Shown here: piece after piece, positions 58,901 through 64,000 of the stretch | How positions within the stretch are numbered: the stretch's first letter is position 1 | Layout: the number at the start of each line of letters is the position of its first letter | Assembly (NCBI GenBank): GCA_025057115.1 | Contig: JANWWZ010000003.1 | Location: 241,025-305,024 of the forward strand | Source of the DNA: Bernardetiaceae bacterium | GTDB lineage: Bacteria > Bacteroidota > Bacteroidia > Cytophagales > Thermoflexibacteraceae | Length of the DNA stretch: 64,000 nucleotides | Direction of reading: 5' to 3' | Made by a program: the position numbers and the translations under genes | The notes under the pieces: model-generated | What the model saw: only the letters and a program-made list of their open reading frames with translations | Told to the model about the DNA's origin: nothing | Databases searched by the model: none

Positions 58901-59410
58901 GGCGCGCTTTTCCGACACTTTATTAATGGAACCGTAATAAATTTTTTTACTGGCGTAGAGTTTTATTTGGTCGTAGTCAGGAAAATTTTCACCTACTAGT
59001 AAATTATCAAGGTTTTTGTTGGTCTTGTAAACAATTAAACCGTTTTTGTTGACTAGCAAAATGTTGTTATAGCCGTAAATTTCTTGGATAGGCACCAAGT
59101 AGTCGTTGAGGCGGCGTTCTATGTTGAAATATGCACTGTCCACATTGCTGACCATATTTGCTAAGGAGAGGCTTTGTAAAACTCTGCTAGAGTTTTGTAT
59201 CATGTGCAGGTTGTGCTCCAGCTGTTCAAACATATCATTGAGCTGAGAGCTGACCACTGAGCTTTTTAAGTTGAGGGTTCGCAAGAAACTCTCTTCAAAG
59301 GCATCTTTGCCAAAGCGATAAGAAAGAAAGGTAACTGAAAAAATAACAATAGTAACTACTCCTAACAGCAATATTGATATTTTGCTTCCTATCCTAACTT
59401 CGCTGAACAT
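55976..59410 (-). CDS. Membrane sensor PP2C (SpoIIE-type) phosphatase: TM-Cache-like-TM-HAMP-GAF-coiled coil-PAS-PAS-PP2C (SiaA-like)
   Basis: 1144 aa. Two TM helices flank a periplasmic domain of about 270 aa. The HAMP region is APLQFLKTSLSLVAQG...NDEIGEMALAVQEL and the GAF region is GEGLVGQAAIE...VVELAGF. There are two PAS domains (ITIYEADGRIRYISPSVESILGY; ITRINPEGIIFYINP). The PP2C motifs are SGDFPWF, AAVDCTGHGVPGAL, SDGLADQ and TDDILLIGIKF. Confidence 0.85.
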   Translation of the reverse strand: MFSEVRIGSKISILLLGVVTIVIFSVTFLSYRFGKDAFEESFLRTLNLKSSVVSSQLNDMFEQLEHNLHMIQNSSRVLQSLSLANMVSNVDSAYFNIERRLNDYLVPIQEIYGYNNILLVNKNGLIVYKTNKNLDNLLVGENFPDYDQIKLYASKKIYYGSINKVSEKRALLNVAIPVFGLDEQLIGHLVAEFDMAKVYHFTNDTIGLGKTGEIILTKLVGNKLDYINQPRLSSFPLLTQSTIVDEINPDPTYLAAIGEAGFGIMQDYRDKKTYAIWRYLPRVEWGLVVKIDLDELNSELDRLLLSFLFAAVFILLVAFAVSLIFSHYLVAPLQFLKTSLSLVAQGVLPEKITIKSNDEIGEMALAVQELVETQRKNVHFARLIGEGKYDVEFEPASANDVLGNALLTMRDNIRRAEQRDEERNWIVSGVAEIGQILRSSNDLQEVSYEVIAYLTYRIQAVQGAIYVANEQADGSILLELLAAYAYGRRKYIKNSFRLGEGLVGQAAIEKDTILRTEIPFHYVTISSGILGDRKPDCLLLVPLIANETVYGVVELAGFDRFTPLYIHFVEEVSTIIARTIFNIRVNERTLRLLTEAQQMSRELQAREKILRENAIIMEATQEELRRINAQLEDQIQEVNRSQKRMQLLLENASEVITIYEADGRIRYISPSVESILGYTPDEMIGINDIIYVHPNSVHIARQMFRDLLEEPEEKVMVQFEYLRKNGEAIWLEATGNNLLSDPAIQGIVVNYRDITERRLAEREARMRGQMQSLSENSPDLITRINPEGIIFYINPVITTYTGKTPAELLGKRIQETGIEEEIVRQWAHLLRDAIVANKIIKTEMPFPSLLGKRIMQVNAIPEQNENREIESVLIVSHDITENKEAEMEILSINRKITESINYAKRIQSAILPDTTTIQKVFPDSFIYYRPRDVVSGDFPWFLQKGNEVYVAAVDCTGHGVPGALISLIGYFILNDVVNSRNVSEVGQILDLLNEGVTRTLRQDINATTRDGMDIALCKINLNTGKVQYAGAHRPLYCVLRGELKVIKGDKFPIGGGQIRNRKGFTTHELCLARGDSIYLSSDGLADQFGGPDNKKFSPRQIRELIANHYHKPMTEIRTIFDRAFEQWRNGYAQTDDILLIGIKF

Positions 59411-59429
59411 ATTGGGCTGAGTGCATGTT

Positions 59430-60266
59430 TTAGATGTGGGCAGTGCCTTTCAACTGCATTGCACTTGTTTTAAACAAAGGAACAGACAAATCTATAGTTT
59501 TCTGAAGGTTTTCTAAAAAATTATTGCTCACTTGTCGGAAAAAACCAAGCTCAAGGATACCTATTACTTGCTGATTTTCCACTACTGGCATACAAACAAG
59601 TCTAGCAGGAGAAGCATTTCCCAAGCCACTTTTTACAGGCAAATACTCTTTGGGCACTGTATGAACACACAAAAGCTTACCACTTTTGGCTACTTGTCCT
59701 ACAAAGCCTTCCCCATAAGCAAAAGGCTCAATAGCAAGAGGTTCACTAAGGGCATAGCCTGCTACAGCCTGAACAGTTTCCGATGCCTGGTTGCATAGGT
59801 AGCAAACCCCTACTACTGCTTCCGTTGCATTGCACACCTGCCGCAAAAAAGTTTCTAAGAGTGCATGGATATCATGAGTGGATGTAGAATTTTTTACCAG
59901 TGCAGTAATATTATCCGACAGTTGTTTGATGATATGTTCATCAGAATGAAAGGAAGTTTGGTGTTGTTCTGGGAGGTTGTTTTCCTTTTTTTGTACCTGC
60001 TCCACGTAAATGACATTCGTTGCCCTCAGGCGACTCATGTAAATTGCCATAACAATAACTAAAAAAAGAGCAAGGAAGAATTCGGCAGCTACATAAGTAA
60101 AAATTTTTTGCACAATGGCACTGATCTCTGCCAATTGCTGAGAGGGGCTATGTTGGGACAACAGTACATCATCGATCTGTTGAGGTACTAAATAACCAAT
60201 GTAGTATAGCAAGTAGAGCAAACCAGCTGCAAAACTTAAAACACTAATAGTTAAAAAAGCTCTCAT
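59430..60266 (-). CDS. Two-TM membrane protein with cytoplasmic GAF domain only
   Basis: TM helices at aa 4-26 and 56-78. GAF core GEGFVGQVAKSGK...CMPVVENQQVIGILELGFF. No output domain. Confidence 0.7.
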   Translation of the reverse strand: MRAFLTISVLSFAAGLLYLLYYIGYLVPQQIDDVLLSQHSPSQQLAEISAIVQKIFTYVAAEFFLALFLVIVMAIYMSRLRATNVIYVEQVQKKENNLPEQHQTSFHSDEHIIKQLSDNITALVKNSTSTHDIHALLETFLRQVCNATEAVVGVCYLCNQASETVQAVAGYALSEPLAIEPFAYGEGFVGQVAKSGKLLCVHTVPKEYLPVKSGLGNASPARLVCMPVVENQQVIGILELGFFRQVSNNFLENLQKTIDLSVPLFKTSAMQLKGTAHI

Positions 60267-60281
60267 AGGAATTGGGTAGTT

Positions 60282-60893
60282 TTAGGGCAATGCCATTTTG
60301 CAAGCACGGTCAAGTTCGGATAAAAATTCTATAATTCCATCTACTTTCAAAACCAGATCTACCTCTGTTTGAGCCAAAGCCGCACTAGGCATAGTGCTGA
60401 TGGTGCTTTCTTCAGGGTCTTGAACTATTGTCAGGCCGCCTTTTTGTTTGATGCGCATCATGCCATATGCTCCGTCTTTGTTAGCTCCAGAAAGCAAGAT
60501 TCCCACTAACTTATCGCGATACACGTAAGCAGCCGTTTCAAAGGTGTAGTCTATGCAAGGTCGTGAATTATTTTCCATCTCTTCGGTGGAAAGTGCAATG
60601 CTATTGCCTAATTCTATAGACATGTGGTAATTGGCAGGGGCAAGGTATATATACCCTCGCTTAATGGGTTCTTTGTCGCAAGGCTCTACTACGGGTTTGG
60701 AGCTTTTTACCGAAAGTGCCTCTACAAATCCATGCCGTACATGTTTAAGCCGATGCAAGCACAAAAACATAGGTAATGGGAAATCTTTAGGTAACTCTGA
60801 AAGAATTCGAGTAATCACTTGAAAACTTCCTGCAGAACCTCCCACTACTACTGCTTTGTATTTCCCGCTTACTTTGTACTTGTTAAATATCAT
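60282..60893 (-). CDS. CheB-like protein-glutamate methylesterase, catalytic domain only (no receiver domain)
   Basis: 203 aa. The catalytic-triad context is conserved (VVGGSAGS, HRLKH, LSGANKDG), and the protein starts directly at the catalytic domain. Confidence 0.8.
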   Translation of the reverse strand: MIFNKYKVSGKYKAVVVGGSAGSFQVITRILSELPKDFPLPMFLCLHRLKHVRHGFVEALSVKSSKPVVEPCDKEPIKRGYIYLAPANYHMSIELGNSIALSTEEMENNSRPCIDYTFETAAYVYRDKLVGILLSGANKDGAYGMMRIKQKGGLTIVQDPEESTISTMPSAALAQTEVDLVLKVDGIIEFLSELDRACKMALP

Positions 60894-60912
60894 GCTTGCA
60901 GAACGGCTGACT

Positions 60913-61761
60913 TCAATCCTTTATTTTTTTGTAAATTTTTTCTTCGTTATTGACGACAATAAATTTGTTAGCAATGTCGCACCAAATCAGGGACTCTTTA
61001 GAGCCAATAGCCAAGTAGCCGTATTTAAACAAACTTTCGTGCAACTTAGCAAGGACCGCATTTTGCAAATTTTGGTTGAAGTAAATCATTACATTGCGGC
61101 ACAGGACGAGGTCAAACTTGGAAAATACTGGACCTTGCACTAGGTCATGTTTGCGATAGGTCACGTTTTGCAATAAAGATTTATCAAATACAGCCTCTTG
61201 CCCTACATCGCGGAAATACTTTCGAAGATTAGGCGGAGGAGCTCCTTCTACTCCAAAAGCAGCTTGGTAATTTTTTTGATTTAGTTCCATATTCTTCTGC
61301 GCAATAGTTGCTGTTTTAGCCTTATTGATAATGGCAGTATCTATATCGGTAGCTGTAATTTTAGCCTTGTCCAAAAATCCCATTTCATACAAGAGAATTA
61401 CCATCGAAAGGACTTCCTCCCCTGAAGAACAGCCTGCATGCCAAATGCTTATCCGGTCATGGTTCATGATGATATTGGGAATAATCTGCTCCTTAAGCAC
61501 GCGCCAAAAAGTGGGATCGCGGAACATTTCAGTTACATTGACCGTGATTTCTGAAATGAACTCCTCAAAAAAGGAAGGCGTAGTATCCAACACCTGAATG
61601 AGTTTATCTACTGTCTTGAACTTGTATAATTCAATCACTCGTTTAATTCGCCTTCGAAAAGACGACATGGCATAATCTCTGAAATCGTAGCCATATTTGT
61701 CTTTGATTAGCTCTGTCAATCGCCGGATGTCAGCTATTTCTATATCCAGTTCGGTGGACAT
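60913..61761 (-). CDS. CheR-like protein-glutamate O-methyltransferase
   Basis: 282 aa. CheR N-terminal helical domain (LIKDKYGYDFRDY) plus the SAM-binding block IWHAGCSSGEEVLS. Confidence 0.85.
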   Translation of the reverse strand: MSTELDIEIADIRRLTELIKDKYGYDFRDYAMSSFRRRIKRVIELYKFKTVDKLIQVLDTTPSFFEEFISEITVNVTEMFRDPTFWRVLKEQIIPNIIMNHDRISIWHAGCSSGEEVLSMVILLYEMGFLDKAKITATDIDTAIINKAKTATIAQKNMELNQKNYQAAFGVEGAPPPNLRKYFRDVGQEAVFDKSLLQNVTYRKHDLVQGPVFSKFDLVLCRNVMIYFNQNLQNAVLAKLHESLFKYGYLAIGSKESLIWCDIANKFIVVNNEEKIYKKIKD

Positions 61762-61826
61762 ACAGGTGATAATTTTTTAAATAATGACCCTTTTTCTGTG
61801 GTAACGAATAGGGGCAAAGATTATTA

Positions 61827-62831
61827 TTACCTTGTTTGCTTGAATGCAGGTCTGGGTTTTAAGTTAAGGTGTTGAAATAAAGCTTTGTCGGCATCTATTT
61901 CAGGATTAGGAGTAGTGAGGAGCTTATCTCCGGCAAAAATGGAATTGGCTCCTGCCATAAAACACAAGGCTTGCTCTGGCTCGGTCATGTTGATTCTGCC
62001 AGCGGAGAGGCGTACCATGGCTCGGGGCATGAGAATGCGAGCTGTGGCTATCATGCGCACCATATCCCATACAGAAACTCTTGGTTGATTAGCCAGAGGA
62101 GTACCTTCTATAGGCACCAGTGCATTCACTGGCACGGATTCGGGATGTTCGGGCAAAGTAGCTAAGGTATGCAGCAGGCTAATGCGGTCTTCGTGGCTTT
62201 CTCCCATGCCAATAATCCCTCCTGAGCAAACTGAAATTTTTGCCTTTCTTACGTTTTCTATTGTCTGCAATCTATCCTGATAGGTGTGAGTGGTAACAAT
62301 ATGGTCGTAGTAACTTTGGCTAGTGTCTAAATTGTGATTGTAGGCATATAAGCCTGCCTGGCTAAGCCGCTCTGCTTGTTGGGCAGTAAGCATACCTAAC
62401 GTACAGCACACTTCCATGCCCATTGCCGTTATTGCTTTGACCATTTCTATGATTTTGTCAAAGTCGCGATTGTTGCGCACTTGACGCCAAGCAGCTCCCA
62501 TGCAAAACCGCGTGCTGCCATTGGCTTTTGCCTGCTGAGCATATGCCAGTACCGTGTCTATATCAAGCAATTTATGAGCTTGTACAGGGGTATGATAGCG
62601 CGCTGCCTGAGAACAATAGGCGCAGTCCTCTGGGCAACCTCCAGTTTTTACAGAGAGCAACGTACAAATTTGTATCTCTTGCGGGTCGTGGTAGAGCCGG
62701 TGCACGGTAGCAGCCATGTACACCAGTTCTAGCAAAGGCATGTGATAAATTTGGCCAACTTGTTCAACAGTCCAATCGTGGCGGATGATGCCCACTTGAC
62801 AGGGCAAGGTAGTAGTGTTGGGTATGTTCAT
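61827..62831 (-). CDS. bioB: Biotin synthase
   Basis: Radical-SAM motif [10 protein letters not shown] and a typical BioB length and sequence ([12 protein letters not shown]). Confidence 0.92.
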   Translation of the reverse strand: MNIPNTTTLPCQVGIIRHDWTVEQVGQIYHMPLLELVYMAATVHRLYHDPQEIQICTLLSVKTGGCPEDCAYCSQAARYHTPVQAHKLLDIDTVLAYAQQAKANGSTRFCMGAAWRQVRNNRDFDKIIEMVKAITAMGMEVCCTLGMLTAQQAERLSQAGLYAYNHNLDTSQSYYDHIVTTHTYQDRLQTIENVRKAKISVCSGGIIGMGESHEDRISLLHTLATLPEHPESVPVNALVPIEGTPLANQPRVSVWDMVRMIATARILMPRAMVRLSAGRINMTEPEQALCFMAGANSIFAGDKLLTTPNPEIDADKALFQHLNLKPRPAFKQTR

Positions 62832-62853
62832 TAGATGGTAGTTTGACTGAGAG

Positions 62854-62861
62854 CAAAAATA
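62854..62861 (-). promoter_or_regulatory. Candidate -7 promoter box (TATTTTTG) for bioB
   Basis: Plus-strand CAAAAATA, 22 nt upstream of the bioB ATG at 62831. Confidence 0.35.
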
Positions 62862-62930
62862 AGGACTATTGTTGAAGATTTTGTCGCATTTTGTCCCTTA
62901 GCAGAACTCGCTTTGCAAAAAAGATATTCG

Positions 62931-62938
62931 TACTTTTG
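62931..62938 (+). promoter_or_regulatory. Candidate -7 promoter box (TACTTTTG)
   Basis: TAnnTTTG match 50 nt upstream of the ATG at 62989. Confidence 0.3.
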
Positions 62939-62988
62939 CACAAAGCGTTTTTTTAGTGCTAACTGGCTCTATTTAAGCCCATTTTCCC

Positions 62989-64000
62989 ATGCAGAAACAG
63001 TATGCCAACCGTTTTTCAGTGCGCGGCTTAACTGATTTTTCAGCCATCGTTTTTGGACTGAGTATTGTTCTTTGCTATGCTTTTACTAACAATTCGCAAA
63101 CTATTAAAGATGAAATCCTCTTTGGCTTGCTGTTGGTGATTGCATTGATTGCCTATTTAATTATCGTGTACGGGCTTATTAATCCCATGATAAAAATAGC
63201 CAACGTAATGGCAGATATCATCGATGGAGACTACCAAGCCAAGGTACCCTTTTACAATAATCGCTTATTTATCCGCTTTCACTTTTTAATTTCTCTCCTT
63301 CGGGATAACCTGCAAGCTGCTTACGCACTTGTAGAAGCAATGGCTCAAAAAGCTCAAATAGATCCCCATGCTTCGTACTTACTTTTTTTGCGGTCGCAGA
63401 GCAATCCATTGGCAGATGCTTTAAGGAGACTATACGAAAAAGATATAGAGTTTGCCGCCAGAGAAAGAGAACGCTTATGGGAAACACAAGGCGTTGCTAA
63501 GTTTGTAGAAATTCTCCGCACCAGCAACCAGAGCATAGAAGAGCTCAGCAACGCTATTATTACCAATTTAGTTAGGTATTTGCAAGCCCAGCAAGGGGCT
63601 ATTTACGTGGTGGCAACTGATGAAGCAGGAGTGGATTTTTTGCGCCTTACAGGACTTTACGCCCATGACAGAGAATTGCTCGGCACTACCTGTGCAATCG
63701 GAGAAGGACTTGTAGGACAATGTTTTGAATCACAAAAAACCATCCTTATTAATGAAATTGCAGAAACCAAATTGCTCATTCGCTCAGGGTTGGGGGAGGC
63801 TCCGCCGCGTGCTTTGCTCATTGTGCCTGCTATCATTAATAATGATGCATTTGCCGTGATTGAAATTGCTTCTTTTTCACCTTTTCAGCCTTATCAAGTA
63901 GCTTTTGTAGAACGGCTAGCAGAAAGTATCGCTGCTACTATTGCTAACTCCATTGCTGCTATGCGAAACCGCAAGCTAGTAGAAGAACTAAATACCCAAA
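62989..64000 (+). CDS. Partial (3'-truncated by window) membrane HAMP-like/GAF sensor protein
   Basis: Not in the ORF track because it runs off the window. I translated it by hand: open from ATG 62989 to 64000 (337 codons). It has two TM helices (AIVFGLSIVLCYAF; ILFGLLLVIALIAYLIIVYGLI) and the GAF core GEGLVGQCFESQK...IVPAIINNDAFAVIEIASF, paralogous to the GAF cores at 55976-60266. Confidence 0.75.
   Translation, partial: MQKQYANRFSVRGLTDFSAIVFGLSIVLCYAFTNNSQTIKDEILFGLLLVIALIAYLIIVYGLINPMIKIANVMADIIDGDYQAKVPFYNNRLFIRFHFLISLLRDNLQAAYALVEAMAQKAQIDPHASYLLFLRSQSNPLADALRRLYEKDIEFAARERERLWETQGVAKFVEILRTSNQSIEELSNAIITNLVRYLQAQQGAIYVVATDEAGVDFLRLTGLYAHDRELLGTTCAIGEGLVGQCFESQKTILINEIAETKLLIRSGLGEAPPRALLIVPAIINNDAFAVIEIASFSPFQPYQVAFVERLAESIAATIANSIAAMRNRKLVEELNTQ

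Noticed and set aside
50276-62831. c-di-GMP output (GGDEF/EAL/HD-GYP) or CheA/CheW/MCP genes in the signalling cluster
   Set aside because: I scanned all ORF translations for GG[DE]EF, EAL, HD-GYP, the MCP signalling hairpin and the CheA P-domains. None was found in the window.

Overview
This is a 64-kb chromosomal window from a Bacteroidota genome. The phylum call rests on T9SS (Por) C-terminal sorting domains, recurrent TAnnTTTG -7 promoter boxes close to start codons, lipoprotein/TPR sensor-kinase content and a Na+-NQR subunit. I support about 50 protein genes, one tRNA-Leu(CAG), one SAM-I riboswitch, several hairpin terminators and one decayed gene remnant. I saw no rRNA, CRISPR array, transposase, integrase or phage genes. 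Most of the window is housekeeping: folA, dtd, surE, aroK, metY-metX, udk, ffh, obg, psd, nqrF and bioB.

The most interesting stretch is a co-oriented minus-strand cluster at about 50.2-61.8 kb. In gene order it encodes:
- CheR-like methyltransferase
- CheB-like methylesterase with no receiver domain
- a 2TM-GAF protein
- a 1144-aa Cache/HAMP/GAF/PAS/PP2C phosphatase (SiaA-like)
- a SiaB-like kinase
- a DUF1987 SiaC-like phosphoprotein
- a 1033-aa ABC transporter with extra N- and C-terminal domains
- two secreted proteins of unknown function

This looks like a Sia-type partner-switching module that lacks the diguanylate cyclase output and sits next to a chemotaxis-like methylation pair with no MCP, CheA or CheW.

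Other notable items:
- a SAM-I riboswitch followed by a mini-ORF ending MCCCCCGC ahead of metY-metX
- a MORN-repeat protein carrying a TIMP-like CxC domain plus a Kazal-like motif
- a thioester (CAEQ) alpha-2-macroglobulin in a possible operon with a TPR kinase and an Ig-repeat lipoprotein
- a T9SS cargo remnant with in-frame stops

All domain calls come from motif recognition by eye. No alignments, RNA folding or database searches were run.
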